Of a stretch of 64,000 nucleotides of DNA, positions 43,949-55,800 are shown one piece after another. The translations under genes were made by a program, and so were the position numbers. The notes under the pieces were generated by a model, which was not told where the DNA came from, made no database searches, and worked only from the letters and a program-made list of their open reading frames with translations. The number at the start of each line of letters is the position of its first letter. Position 1 is the first letter of the stretch. The stretch is from a virus, in the IMG/VR virus record IMGVR_UViG_3300025652_000002; one strand, written 5' to 3'.

Positions 43949-45805
43949 ATGCCTATTTCAATTGATTGGGGTACGAAGGTTATCTCTATCCCTCGGTCTG
44001 ATATGATCCTGCTCCAATCTATGCCCACAGAAATCAGGGAACTTGACCTCAACTCTTTTCGGCTAGCCCTTAAGGATATCGAAGATAGTGATCTTGGTAT
44101 GACGCAAGACACGACACATAACCACGTTGCTCCTATTGGGGTTGGTGGTGTTACTCTTGCGCGGGTGGTAGAGATCATTAACAACTATACTGTGACCTTT
44201 GAAGATGGCCAGTACGCTGTAAACCTTTCTGGCGCTAACACAAACCTTGCCGACAAGGTGAACGTTAACCAAGTTTCTGTCCGCTCTGCTAACTCTGCGG
44301 GTCTTGTTCAGACTTCCGAGATTGAATACTCTTCTTTCCAGAACTCAGTTTCTCTTGACGTTGTTAATGGTGGGGCGGGTCAGGCTTACCCCTTAGGTAC
44401 AGCCCAGTTTCCTGTAAACAACCTTGCAGACGCTAAGTTCATTGCTCAACTTCGAGGCTTTGATACCATTAAGGTCAAAGGAGACTTTACCTTTGGGGTT
44501 GCGGATACTATTGATAACTTTGAGTTTATCGGTCAGTCCTTGACTAAAACACACATTGGCCTCACAAACGAGGCAGTAATTACTAACTGTATTTTCAGAG
44601 ACGCTACAATAAGTGGATTCTTGGATGGGGATAGTAACCTCATCGACTGTCGCCTTGAAGGGATCAACTACGTAGACGGTAACGTTACAGGGTGTGAAAT
44701 TGGTGTCGGGGATATCATTCTAAACGGTCAACTCGCGGTCCTTGTAAACTGCTACTCCGGTATTCCCGGGGGTCTTGCAAACCAGACTGCTACTATTGAC
44801 CTTGGTGGTGGGGGTACAGACCTTATTGTCCGTAACTACACAGGCGGTATGACGCTTAAGAACCACACCTTTGGCGATGATGACGTCTCCGTTGACATTC
44901 TCTCAGGCCAAATTGTCTTTGACGAGACTATCACCTCTGGAACCTACGTGGTACGAGGTGTAGGTAAAGTAGTCAACAACTCTTCAGGAACAGCTATTGT
45001 TAACGTAGAGGTGCTTGATAGCCAGAATATCAACAGAACTACCTTCACAGATGGAGGTGTTTACCTTACCCAAGGCTCTGCCTTTAGTACGGAAACCTAC
45101 CCTATCGGTACGCCTGCTAAGCCTGTAAACAACCTAACCACAGCTATTGCTATTGCTCAACGTGAAGGGCTTTCTAAGATTTTCTTGTCAGGCTTCTTTA
45201 CAGCCCTATCAACAGACGACCTCTCTGGTATTACTGTTGTCGGTGGTTCAGGCTCAGGTAACGTTCTCCTACTTCAGGCAGGAGTAACAACAGTTTCTTC
45301 GGGCTTTGAGAAGCTTATTATTGCTGGACAACTTGGGGGTCTCTCTCGAATTGTTAACTGTATCCTTGGGGTTAGTGGTCTCGGTGCCTTTACAGAGTGT
45401 GAAGGACGTGTTGTTGATTGTATCATCAATACTACTGCTGGTGTAACCCAAAAGACAACAGGGGCAGGAACTCTCTTTGACAACTGTAGTTTTATTACAC
45501 CAAACGACTTACAAGTAACCTTAGATGCTAACGGTAAGGCTTTCTCTCTAAGAAAGTGTACTGGTCACATCCTCATTGCAAACGGCACCTCTACGGAGGC
45601 TCAAGAAATAAACCTTCAAGGTGGCCGTCTTGAGATTGCTTCTAGTTGCACAGCAGGTGCTTTCTATGTCTCCGGTGATGCTGTTCTCACAGATAACTCT
45701 AACGGAACCACAGTAACTAACGTCTTGACTACAGGCAACCTAAACGTAGTAAATACAGGGGTACAGAAGGCTTCTCTTCTCATTCCTCATACAACTAACC
45801 TGTAA
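43949..45805 (+). CDS. right-handed beta-helix protein (tailspike/depolymerase-like)
   Basis: NCIFRDATISGFLDGDSNLIDCRLEGINYVDGNVTGCEIG-type coils. Confidence 0.5.
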   Translation: MPISIDWGTKVISIPRSDMILLQSMPTEIRELDLNSFRLALKDIEDSDLGMTQDTTHNHVAPIGVGGVTLARVVEIINNYTVTFEDGQYAVNLSGANTNLADKVNVNQVSVRSANSAGLVQTSEIEYSSFQNSVSLDVVNGGAGQAYPLGTAQFPVNNLADAKFIAQLRGFDTIKVKGDFTFGVADTIDNFEFIGQSLTKTHIGLTNEAVITNCIFRDATISGFLDGDSNLIDCRLEGINYVDGNVTGCEIGVGDIILNGQLAVLVNCYSGIPGGLANQTATIDLGGGGTDLIVRNYTGGMTLKNHTFGDDDVSVDILSGQIVFDETITSGTYVVRGVGKVVNNSSGTAIVNVEVLDSQNINRTTFTDGGVYLTQGSAFSTETYPIGTPAKPVNNLTTAIAIAQREGLSKIFLSGFFTALSTDDLSGITVVGGSGSGNVLLLQAGVTTVSSGFEKLIIAGQLGGLSRIVNCILGVSGLGAFTECEGRVVDCIINTTAGVTQKTTGAGTLFDNCSFITPNDLQVTLDANGKAFSLRKCTGHILIANGTSTEAQEINLQGGRLEIASSCTAGAFYVSGDAVLTDNSNGTTVTNVLTTGNLNVVNTGVQKASLLIPHTTNL

Positions 45806-45837
45806 TCTCCATCTGAGGATCGAGAAAGGAAAACATA

Positions 45838-46314
45838 ATGCCTAGAATTACCAATGAGGTAACGAGTCAGCCTATGGGCCGTTCTCGTATCACCTCCCCT
45901 TCTAAGGATTCTGTTACCGATAACGGTACAGCCCTTATTTCTATCGTAGATGGAGAACAAATCCAAATTACAATTACTCTCTCTTGGATGACAAGCCTCG
46001 CCTCTGCTACAGTTTTTGCTAAGATCGTAGAGGGAAATAATGACGGTCTAGGGACAGTCCCAAACACTGCTCAAGCGGCAGGAGTTGTTACTACCCTCCC
46101 TATTATCGATGTCAACCCAGCAGACAACACCTTCAATATTGTAATCCCTGAGACCCTAATCGATGGTTGGGCAGTGCAGCCTAACGCAGACTCACCAGTC
46201 TATGGTTTCATTGGCCTAGAAGTTGATGATGGTGGCGTCGGTGATGCTCGTCAGGTTTGGAAACCAATGCGTGGCCTTGTAGAGGTTCTGTACAGCCCTT
46301 CAGAGGCGGTATAA
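45838..46314 (+). CDS. structural hypothetical protein
   Basis: ATG. Confidence 0.5.
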   Translation: MPRITNEVTSQPMGRSRITSPSKDSVTDNGTALISIVDGEQIQITITLSWMTSLASATVFAKIVEGNNDGLGTVPNTAQAAGVVTTLPIIDVNPADNTFNIVIPETLIDGWAVQPNADSPVYGFIGLEVDDGGVGDARQVWKPMRGLVEVLYSPSEAV

Positions 46315-46317
46315 AAA

Positions 46318-47517
46318 ATGAGCACCTACGGCCTAACAGTTGAAAACAAAACCTATAACCTAACACTTTCTCCAACTGAGTTGACCGTAACCCTAGTCCC
46401 ACCGAGTGACTACGTTGTAAACATAGACAACCCAAACCTAGTAACCAGCATCGAGACCCAAGACTATAATGTTTCTCTTTCAAGGGTGGGTGCTCAAGGG
46501 GCTGATGCTGACCTTACAAACATAGACTATTTGGGTTTTGATCTAGCCTCCACCCACGAAGTTTTGGAAGGGGAACTAGCTTGGAACGTAGATGACGGAA
46601 CCCTAGACCTCGGTTTGGGTTTTGGGGTTGTGAACCAACTCGGTCAAGAGACCCATATCTATGTTAAGGCAAAAGAAGCTATCTCAAATGGAGAAGTGGT
46701 TTACGTTAGTGGCAGTCCCGGAAATAGTGGTAAGCTTGAAGTTTTAAAGTACATTGCCAATGCTACAATCGATGAACTCTATGTTTCAGGGGTTGCTACC
46801 CACGATATTGCCGTAGGTGACTTTGGCTACATCACTGTCTTTGGTGCTGTTAGAGGTCTACCTACAGATGGCGCACTACAAGGTGAAACTTGGGTTGCTG
46901 GTACTATCTTGTATGCTTCCCCTATTGTTGCGGGAGGTATGACAAACATTTTACCCGTTGCTCCAAACCAGAAAATCCCTGTAGCTATTGTTCTAAACCC
47001 TAGCCCAAATAACGGGGCTATCTTTGCAAGAGCACACGAACTCGGCTATCACTTAGGTGAACTGCATGACGTCAATATCTCGGATATCACAGATGGTGAA
47101 CTTATCCGCTGGGATGGTACAAGGTTTGTAAACAACACTCTTACTGAAGCAGGTATCCAACCCGCTGGTTCTTACTCTGTCGTAGGTCACACCCATCCCT
47201 TTTCTGATATAACAGACACCCCAACAACCCTAGCAGGGTATGGTATTACAGATGGTGGTAGCGGGTCTGGCGCAACAGAATTAAACGGGCTTAGTGACGT
47301 CACTGTGGCTGTTCTACAAGAAGGTGATGCCTTACTCTTTGATAGCGCTTCTGGTGACTTTCAAAACTATCAACTCACAACTACTCGCTTGGGAGATATA
47401 GACAACACTAACAGAGCCGATGGTTCTGTCCTTGTTTATAACGGTACAACCACTAAATACGTTGCAACCAACTCCCTAGAAAACCCAAACTTAACAGTAA
47501 TCGGAGGTAGCTTTTAA
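46318..47517 (+). CDS. tail fibre protein
   Basis: Fibre-like composition. ATGA junctions with its neighbours. Confidence 0.5.
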   Translation: MSTYGLTVENKTYNLTLSPTELTVTLVPPSDYVVNIDNPNLVTSIETQDYNVSLSRVGAQGADADLTNIDYLGFDLASTHEVLEGELAWNVDDGTLDLGLGFGVVNQLGQETHIYVKAKEAISNGEVVYVSGSPGNSGKLEVLKYIANATIDELYVSGVATHDIAVGDFGYITVFGAVRGLPTDGALQGETWVAGTILYASPIVAGGMTNILPVAPNQKIPVAIVLNPSPNNGAIFARAHELGYHLGELHDVNISDITDGELIRWDGTRFVNNTLTEAGIQPAGSYSVVGHTHPFSDITDTPTTLAGYGITDGGSGSGATELNGLSDVTVAVLQEGDALLFDSASGDFQNYQLTTTRLGDIDNTNRADGSVLVYNGTTTKYVATNSLENPNLTVIGGSF

Positions 47518-48641
47518 TGGCAACCAAAATTATTATCAAAAAGAGCAGCACTGCTGGTGCCGTTCCCCTCTCCGGTAATCTGGATCAGGGTGAAGTCGCG
47601 GTCAACCTAGCTGATCGTAAAATTTACACAAAGGATAACTCCAACGCTATCGTCTCCCTTGGTGGCGCTTACGTTGACTCTGTGGCCCCATCCACTCCCG
47701 CCGAAGGTGACATTTGGTATGACACTGTTGCTAACGCACTAAAAGCTTATAACGGTTCTGCTTGGATCGCTGCAGGGGTAAGCTCCCTCGCCGCTCTTTC
47801 TGATGTAACTATCACCACAGTTGCTTCTGGGGAAGTGCTTAAGTATGACGGTGCAGGTTGGATTAACAACACCCTAGCAGAGGCAGGTATTGCAGCAACA
47901 GGGGATATCCCAACAAACAACAACCAGCTTACTAACGGTGCTGGCTATATCACAGGGATTACTGGGGAAAACCTCCAAAGCCTGAATGATGTAAACATCA
48001 CCTCTATTGCTTCTGGTGAACTCCTGAAGTGGACAGGTACCGAGTGGGTCAATAACACCTTAGTTGAAGCTGGAGTTGCTTCCGTTGCTTCTGTCCCAAC
48101 AAACAACAACCAACTTACTAACGGTGCAGGGTATATCACTACCTATACAGTCACCCAAGGAGACGTTACAGCACATCAAGCTGCACTCTCTATCACAGAG
48201 TCTCAAATCAGTGACCTTCAGGCTTACCTGACTGCTGAAGCGGATACTCTTGCTACGGTTATGTCTCGTGGTGCTACTACTGCAACCGCTATGACTATCA
48301 CAAACGCCACGGCCTCCACTACTACAGGTACAGGCGCTCTTAAGGTAACAGGCGGCGCTGGTATCGGTGGAAACGTAAACGTTGGTGGTAATGTCGTCGT
48401 TGCAGGTGACTTGACAGTAAACGGTACAACCACTTCTGTTAACTCCAACACAGTAAACATCGGTGACTCTATTATCACCCTTAACTCTGATGAGGTAGGT
48501 GTTCCTTCGCAGAACGCTGGCTTTGAGGTTGAGCGTGGTACGTCAGCTAATGTTTCCTTCTTCTGGAATGAAGCTAACGATGCTTGGGATATGGGAGACT
48601 ATAACCTTCAAAACGTCGTTATCGACGGTGGTACTTACTAA
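47517..48641 (+). CDS. tail fibre protein (shares N-terminal domain with 48680)
   Basis: MATKIIIKKSSTAGAVPLSGNLDQGEVAVNLADRKIYTK vs MATKIIPKKSTVAAKVPLVGDLDQGELAINLTDKKIYSK. Confidence 0.55.
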   Translation: MATKIIIKKSSTAGAVPLSGNLDQGEVAVNLADRKIYTKDNSNAIVSLGGAYVDSVAPSTPAEGDIWYDTVANALKAYNGSAWIAAGVSSLAALSDVTITTVASGEVLKYDGAGWINNTLAEAGIAATGDIPTNNNQLTNGAGYITGITGENLQSLNDVNITSIASGELLKWTGTEWVNNTLVEAGVASVASVPTNNNQLTNGAGYITTYTVTQGDVTAHQAALSITESQISDLQAYLTAEADTLATVMSRGATTATAMTITNATASTTTGTGALKVTGGAGIGGNVNVGGNVVVAGDLTVNGTTTSVNSNTVNIGDSIITLNSDEVGVPSQNAGFEVERGTSANVSFFWNEANDAWDMGDYNLQNVVIDGGTY

Positions 48642-48679
48642 CACACTAACCCTTACTCTATAGTAAAAGGATAAGCCTT

Positions 48680-49957
48680 ATGGCAACTAAGATTATTCCA
48701 AAGAAAAGTACGGTAGCAGCAAAGGTTCCCTTGGTCGGCGATCTCGATCAAGGTGAGCTTGCTATCAACCTTACAGATAAAAAGATTTACTCTAAAAACG
48801 GCTCAAATGCTATTGTTGAAATGGGGTTTGATGGTGCCTACGGCTCTCTCTCCGGTGTACCCGGAACCTTTCCGCCAACAATCACTGGTACTAGCTTCAG
48901 CGGGACCTACCCTGTTCTTTTTAACGTTACAGGGGACTTACTATACAGTGACACCGACATAACCTTCACAGGTACTACTGGTGTACTTTCTGTTCCCGCT
49001 GTAGATGCTGGTACTGGTTATGGTACTGGCTTTACCTTAGAAGGTAACACGCACCAGATTAACTCAAATGATGGTGGGGGAAACTTCAACATCCGTGTTG
49101 CTAACGACTTTATTACAGGCTGTACAGAGGCAGGGTATGCTTCCCACTGGGTATATTCACAGTCCACAGGTGTTTGGTCGTTCAATGGCAGCACAGCAAC
49201 CTTGGCTGTAGGTAACGCACCAACTTGGCAGACTAACATGTCCCTTGACGCCAATGGAAATTTGGGTATACTTGGAACAGTGGACGGACGAAACGTCGCT
49301 GTGGATGGGTCCAAGCTTGATGGTATTGAAGCTGGCGCTACAGCAGGTCTACCCTCAACAGGTACAATGACAAGCCTAACCATCGGTGCAGGTGTAACTC
49401 TAAAAGAGTCCACTGACCGACCAGATCTCCTACAGATTGAGTCGCTTACAGGAACTTGGTCTGGTATGCAGATTTATAATAGCGTAGACAACCTCCGTTG
49501 TAGCTTCTTTTGTGATGGTACAACAGCAGGCTTTTATGATGATGTTGTGAACCAGTGGATGTGTAAGTTTGAGGCAGCGGGTCAGGTAGAACTCTTCCAC
49601 GCTAACTTAATTAAGTTTGCAACAACCTCCACAGGCATCACCGTAACAGGTGACGTCAACTCAACCTCTGACCGTGCTCTCAAAGAGAACATTGTAAAGC
49701 TGGAAGACCCGATTGTCAAGCTAAGGGCTATCAATGGCTACACCTATAACTTCATCGAAAACGGTGAGCGTTCTGTTGGTGTTATTGCTCAAGAAGTCGA
49801 AGCTATTCTCCCTGACGCTGTAAGAGGTGAAGAGGGTGAAAAGACAGTAAACTATAACGCTCTGATTGGTCTTCTTGTGGAAGTCAACAAAGAGCAACAA
49901 AGTAAAATAGAAAGTCTAGAGGCTCGTTTAGAAGCCCTAGAAGAACGCCTAGTTTAA
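48680..49957 (+). CDS. tail fibre protein with C-terminal intramolecular chaperone (peptidase S74-like) domain
   Basis: C-terminus DRALKENIVKLEDPIVKLRAINGYTYNF...VGVIAQEVEAILPDAV...NYNALIGLLVEVNKEQQ is typical of the autoproteolytic chaperone. Confidence 0.6.
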   Translation: MATKIIPKKSTVAAKVPLVGDLDQGELAINLTDKKIYSKNGSNAIVEMGFDGAYGSLSGVPGTFPPTITGTSFSGTYPVLFNVTGDLLYSDTDITFTGTTGVLSVPAVDAGTGYGTGFTLEGNTHQINSNDGGGNFNIRVANDFITGCTEAGYASHWVYSQSTGVWSFNGSTATLAVGNAPTWQTNMSLDANGNLGILGTVDGRNVAVDGSKLDGIEAGATAGLPSTGTMTSLTIGAGVTLKESTDRPDLLQIESLTGTWSGMQIYNSVDNLRCSFFCDGTTAGFYDDVVNQWMCKFEAAGQVELFHANLIKFATTSTGITVTGDVNSTSDRALKENIVKLEDPIVKLRAINGYTYNFIENGERSVGVIAQEVEAILPDAVRGEEGEKTVNYNALIGLLVEVNKEQQSKIESLEARLEALEERLV

Positions 49958-49975
49958 CTCGAAAGGAAAACGAAA

Positions 49976-50551
49976 ATGGCTATTCAAATTAGTGGAACCA
50001 CTGTTATTGACAACAGTAGGAACCTTACAAACATCGTGGCACTTAACGGTACAACCGTTTCTCTTTTAGCCACAACCACGGGCACACAGACCCTTACAAA
50101 CAAGACACTTACATCACCTACTCTTACATCACCTACTCTTACAGGTACTCCAACAGCACCTACAGCTACCCTTGGTACAAATTCAACACAGATTGCCACG
50201 ACAGCCTTTGTGCAAGCAAGCAAAGGTTGGGTTAGTCCTGACTTCACAGATACTATTACAGGTGCAGCAACTTGGGACGGTAATTTAACAACAGTGGCGC
50301 ATGGTCTTGGCACAATACCTTCATTTGTTTGGGGGTTCTTGCGTTGCAGGGTAGCTAATAGTGGCTATTTGGTGGGGGATAGAATCTCTGCCATGACGGG
50401 GCTGGGAAACTCTCAGGCTATTGGTATGTCTTACGATGCGACTAATGTTTACCTTGTCTCTTTCAACCCCGTATACTTCCGAAATGATGGGGTAGTATCC
50501 TTTGTAGTAGACGACTCATTTTGGGATTTTGAATTGGAGGTTTGGGCATGA
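49976..50551 (+). CDS. tail fibre-like protein
   Basis: TNKTLTSPTLTSPTLTG repeats and TQIATTAFV motif common in fibre proteins. Confidence 0.5.
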   Translation: MAIQISGTTVIDNSRNLTNIVALNGTTVSLLATTTGTQTLTNKTLTSPTLTSPTLTGTPTAPTATLGTNSTQIATTAFVQASKGWVSPDFTDTITGAATWDGNLTTVAHGLGTIPSFVWGFLRCRVANSGYLVGDRISAMTGLGNSQAIGMSYDATNVYLVSFNPVYFRNDGVVSFVVDDSFWDFELEVWA

Positions 50552-50838
50552 GGGTAACTAGGCACGTTTACCGTAATGGAGAATACGCTGGCGTTTTCCG
50601 TGGTGAGGAATCTGACCTAACCGCACAGGGTTTTGTAGAAGGATCACCGAGAAATCAAGAGGAAATAAGCAGCTTGCGAGCTGAGTCTGTAAAGCAAGAG
50701 TTGGATAATCAGAACAGCGTCAACAGGGTGCTGCTCAAGATTGGCTTCTTACAGGAGAACCGCATCCGTGTACTTGAGGGGCAACCTGAGATTACAGCAG
50801 CCCAATTCCGCACTTGGGTAGACGCCCAAATCGAATAA
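50548..50838 (+). CDS. hypothetical protein
   Basis: The listed start at 50542 is TTG. ATG 50548 overlaps the upstream TGA. Confidence 0.4.
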   Translation: MRVTRHVYRNGEYAGVFRGEESDLTAQGFVEGSPRNQEEISSLRAESVKQELDNQNSVNRVLLKIGFLQENRIRVLEGQPEITAAQFRTWVDAQIE

Positions 50839-50862
50839 CTTAACTCTAACCAAGGAACTTAC

Positions 50863-51555
50863 ATGGCCAAACTAACAAAATCCCGCTACCGTAAGAAAAC
50901 AGAGAACTCTGTAACAGAACTCTATAGTTTCAACGTGGTTCCAAAGAACCAAAAGCAGGACCTCCTAATTCGTTCTATTAAGGAAAACCCTATTGTCGTG
51001 ACTATTGGTTGCGCTGGAACAGGGAAAACTTATTGCAGTACGGGCACTGTTGCTCACCTCTTTCTTAAGGGTGGCTACGACCGTATTGTACTTACGCGTC
51101 CAAACATCGCAACGGGTAAGTCTCTGGGAAGTTTTCCCGGTGATATCAAAGATAAAATGACGCCGTGGTTGATGCCTATGCTTGAAGTGCTACGTAAGGC
51201 ATTGAAGGGTAAGTATAACTATATGTTGGAGAAGGGTCAGATTGAGATTCAGCCTTTGGAAACCATCCGAGGCCGTTCTTACGAGAGGACTCTTATTCTT
51301 GTAGATGAGGCACAAAACCTTACAATGGATGAACTTAAGGCCATAACCACCCGCATTGGTGAGAACTCTAAACTGGTTCTAATGGGTGATCCGGCTCAGT
51401 CCGACCACAAAAATGGCCAAGACCTACTTACTTTCTGCAAGAAGGTGAATGACGCAGGTATCGGTGTGCCTGTAATCCAGTTTAATGTCAGCGAAATTGT
51501 CCGCTCGGATATCGTAGCCGACCTAGTTAGGCTCTTTATGCAAGAGAGTATGTAA
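50863..51555 (+). CDS. phoH: PhoH-like ATPase
   Basis: Walker A GCAGTGKTY. LILVDEAQN. LVLMGDPAQSD. Confidence 0.85.
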   Translation: MAKLTKSRYRKKTENSVTELYSFNVVPKNQKQDLLIRSIKENPIVVTIGCAGTGKTYCSTGTVAHLFLKGGYDRIVLTRPNIATGKSLGSFPGDIKDKMTPWLMPMLEVLRKALKGKYNYMLEKGQIEIQPLETIRGRSYERTLILVDEAQNLTMDELKAITTRIGENSKLVLMGDPAQSDHKNGQDLLTFCKKVNDAGIGVPVIQFNVSEIVRSDIVADLVRLFMQESM

Positions 51556-51682
51556 ACTGCACCAGAGAGCTATAGGGTGCAACTCTGTATATAAGCCCCC
51601 ATCTAACACCCTAAACGTTGCCCTCTGTGGCTCTCTGACAGTATTTCACTGTATTAGATAACTCTCAAGATTGGAGAAAATC

Positions 51683-52276
51683 ATGACTACCTACCTTTAC
51701 AACGGGAACCTTATTGCGGCTCCCGTAACCTTTCTGAGCAATAAACCTGTCTTTGCTGTTGACAGTATCTCTCTAAAGCAGTATAGAACAGCCCAAGACG
51801 CCCAACGATGGGAGGTTTCCTTCGGCGCTTTGACAAACGATAACGTTGCGGAAACCTTTTTAGCTTCTATTACTGAAATGGACGCAACATCTTCTATGAT
51901 CATGCCTCAACTTAAAGAGGTAGATGATCGGCGAACTGCGTCAGGGAGTATGGTAGCTGCAGCGGAAGCCGTAGCTGGTGCCGATACAGTAACCTTTGCA
52001 CTTTCAAACACAGGACTGCTACCTAAAGGCTCTTTTGTTAAGTTTGCCAACCATACAAAGGTCTACATTACGACGGCTGACTTTATCTTTGGCTCTAACA
52101 CTGTTTTGAATATCTTTCCAAAGCTGGTGGCAACGGTTCCGAGTTCTACTGCCTTTAACTATGGTAGCGGTTGTGTTTTAACCTACTTCCGCAGCATAAA
52201 TAACTCAGCAGGTATCACCTACGTAGATGGTGTTCTAGCAGATGTTGGGACAATCACCGTTGTGGAGGCAATCTAA
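51683..52276 (+). CDS. tail-associated hypothetical protein
   Basis: ATG 51683 (the listed start at 51671 is TTG). Upstream of the J-like gene. Confidence 0.45.
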   Translation: MTTYLYNGNLIAAPVTFLSNKPVFAVDSISLKQYRTAQDAQRWEVSFGALTNDNVAETFLASITEMDATSSMIMPQLKEVDDRRTASGSMVAAAEAVAGADTVTFALSNTGLLPKGSFVKFANHTKVYITTADFIFGSNTVLNIFPKLVATVPSSTAFNYGSGCVLTYFRSINNSAGITYVDGVLADVGTITVVEAI

Positions 52277-52839
52277 TGAGAACTTACTCTGCCGCAACCC
52301 TAGCCGCCTTAGCCGACGCAACTGTTTCTTTCTTTTATTTAATAGAACTTGAGTTGAACAACGCTACTTACTACTTTACTACCTACCCTCGCGACCTTGT
52401 GGTTGGGGGCCAAACGTATCTAGGTAATGGCCTAGTACTAGACACCTCCACACCAACCCAGAATACTGTTGTGAACCGTGCTGCCTACACCCTAACCCTC
52501 GCTGATCCTAACGATGAGTTGAGAACAGAAATAAAACAAGGTATTGTTGGTAAGAATCTCAGAATTCGGGCTGGGTTTGCAACTGAAGCAGCAGGTCCGT
52601 TACTTGATGAGGCTGATCTGATCTTTGCTTACAGGGGTTACATTGACTCTCCAAAGACTACCAACGATTTTTACTCAAAGGTAGTAGTTTTAGAAGGTTC
52701 TTCTCCTATGTCTGATCTCGATCTAGTAAAACCGTACTTTACAAGTAAGTATGGTGTAAGTCAATTTGACCCAACTGACACCTGTTTTGACAGGATTTCA
52801 GAGGGTTACGCAATTCAAGTAAGGTGGGGTAAAATCTAA
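52276..52839 (+). CDS. tail-associated hypothetical protein
   Basis: ATGA overlap. Confidence 0.45.
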   Translation: MRTYSAATLAALADATVSFFYLIELELNNATYYFTTYPRDLVVGGQTYLGNGLVLDTSTPTQNTVVNRAAYTLTLADPNDELRTEIKQGIVGKNLRIRAGFATEAAGPLLDEADLIFAYRGYIDSPKTTNDFYSKVVVLEGSSPMSDLDLVKPYFTSKYGVSQFDPTDTCFDRISEGYAIQVRWGKI

Positions 52840-55800
52840 TGCCATTTTTTCAATTTGTCTTCGCTGTTGCTGTAGGACTTTATACTTCTTCTAAGCAAAA
52901 AGCCGCATTAAAGAAGGCCCAGCGGGAACAAGAAGCCGCCGCTGATAAACGACGCGGTAGTGAGTTTGAGGTAAAGAATGATGTTATCTCTTTACCTATC
53001 GCTTACGGTCGAACAATTATTGCAGGGGTCCAGTATGACCACCGCGTGAGCAAAGACTATAACTATGTGGTTCCTGAAAACGGCACCTATATCTTTGACT
53101 CTCAAGACCTCATCCCATCGGTTGTTGATGAAAGACTAGACTCAGGGTTTTCTCTAGCAACCTTCTTTGACCGCTTTGCACTTCTTGGTTCCATCTACTC
53201 TCTCCTTGAAAATTTGACTGAGGAGGAGAATAAGACAGACAAGGGTGGATTAGCTGCCACAGTTACCGGGACAAAAGATGAGTTTCTGTTCTGTAAGCGA
53301 GCAATTTGTCATGCAGGTATCAGTGAAGTGATTCATGCTGTTGTTGATAACAAGGCTTACAGCCATAAAGACTATAAGTTTGGTCAACGATTTGTTGTTT
53401 ACCCTAACGGAGGTCCTAGTGCCCTTCTTCAGGATAACGGCTACCCTGATTCCGAGTCGTTTACTAACGTTTGCCATGCCGCAGAGGTCTTTCGCCTAGA
53501 CCGTGAAGAGGCTAACTACAGTTCAGCCCCTCAAGTCCAGTACCTTGTCAAGGGTCAGGCGGTCTACTCTATCGAGGAGAACGTTGGGGTCTACACCCTT
53601 AGTGCTTCTAAGGCTTACAGCAATAACCCTGCCTACGTCTTGCTTGACTACCTAACCAACACCGTTTACGGTCGTGGTATGCCCTTGTCAGAGATCAACC
53701 TTGAAAGCTTTTACAACGCTGCTCTGGTTTGTGACACAGTTGTTCTAACTGCAGCACAGGTTGCAGGTAATATTTGGGGTTCACGCCCTCTTTCTCGCTA
53801 CCCAACTTTTGCAGACTTTCCTAATCCAAATGCTTTCGGCTTCGAAGATATCTTGCTGATGGATGACCAACTGAATGTGCCTTACTACTGGAACAAGGTT
53901 AGTGAAGATGAGGATAAAGGAACTGTAGTTGGTGAGTTTGTGGCTACAACACTTCCTACTGCCGACATCAAGCTTTTCGAGTGTAACCTCACTCTTGAGA
54001 CACAAACTTCAATTCGTGATAACATTGAGGAAATCCTCTCAACAATGGGGGAAGCAGAACTTACTTGGGACGCTAGTGGGTCTTACAAACTCCTTTTGGA
54101 CTACCCAACAACCCAAGGAGAGTCCGACGCCCTCGTTACCCAAACCTTCACTGAAGATGACTTGCTAAGAACTAACGTTGAAACCACGTTCCCAAACGCA
54201 GTTGAACGCTACAACTTTGTAACGGTTAGCTTTAAAAATGAGAACAAGAACTTCAAGTCAGATACTGTTTCTTGGCCACAAAAGGGTGATTCGGTTTACG
54301 CAACCTACCTCGCCGAGGATAACGGTCAACCTTTCGAAACCTCTGTGTCTCCAAAAGGTATCACAGATGCTTACCACGCCTTAGCCTACGCTGAACAGTT
54401 GGTTCGTGCTAGCCGCTCTCTGTATACAATTTCTGTAGACACCAATCGAAAAGGTGTCTTAACAGAACCGGGCGACTTTATCAGAATTGATACCCCTACA
54501 GCGGATATAGCCTCTACTGACATCTTTCTGGTGAAGGAAGTGCAAATTGGTAAAGACTTTAATACGAGGCTTATAGCTAACAAGTTTGACTTCACAACCT
54601 TAGCTTGGAACATCGCAGATGGTACAGCCTACCCTGAAACAGATAACTATGATTTCAGAGTGCCGCCTGTAACCAACCTTCAGATTGGTGTTGTACCTGT
54701 CGTTACTAGCGCAGGGGTCACAAACCTCTCTTGGGATTTTGCTGAAGGTTCTTCTTATAACTTTGAAGTAAGCTATCGTGCGACAGGGGGTACAGATTTT
54801 CTTGCCTATGGCACAACCCGAAACAACTACTTTGAAGTTGGGGCACTAGAAGGGTTTGAAACAACTACCCAGTACGACTTCAGGGTAGTAGTAATTTCTG
54901 CTTTAGGAACTCGTTCCCTAGCCTCCTTCTTAGAAAACGTGGAAGTCCTCTCTAAGCCGGGTTCTGCCCAGAACCTCGCTGTCGCTGATGAAATCTACAA
55001 TACCAACACTGCAGCGGGTATCAAGTCACGAGCAATACTTAGCTGGTCCACAGGTTCCTCAGGGACAGCTGCCGACTACTACACTATTGAGTACAAGCTC
55101 GCTACAGACGTCGCCTACACTAACGTAGGGGTGACAAATAATCTGAGCTTCACTTTCTTTGATTTGAAGCCTGACATCTACAACTTTAAGGTAACACCTA
55201 CTTCTTACCTCGGTTTGAACGGGACTTCTGCTATAGTTGCAAAGCTTGTACAAGGTCTTCTAGCTGACCCTCAAGACCCAACAGGCTTTTCTGCAAACGT
55301 CAACGAGGGACAGATTCAACTTAGTTGGGATGTTCCAACAGACCTAGATGTTTTGACAGGTGGACGTACTGAGATTAGGACTCACCCTGATATCACTGCT
55401 TCTGCTACTTGGGAAACCGCTACTACCCTAGTGGAGTCTGTCGCTGGTAACAACAACAACAAAACTATCCCGGCAATCAGAGGCACTTACTTCATTAAGC
55501 ACATCGACTCCTCTAATAGACTTTCGGTGAATGCTGCTTCGGCTGTTAACTTGTTTGTTGATAACACCTTTAGAACTGTTACGTTTATAAACGAAGATGC
55601 CAGTAACTTTGCTGGGGTAAAGACTAACTGTAACTATAACTCCCTCACAGGTAACCTAGAGATCGATGCGGGTCAAACTTCTATGACCTATGATTTCGAA
55701 AACGTTCTAGACTTCGGTGAAATTGAGCAGTTCAGGGTCACTCCTAGCATTACCGCAACTGTCAGTGAGGCGGGTGTAAACGTTGCAGACTATGTCAGTA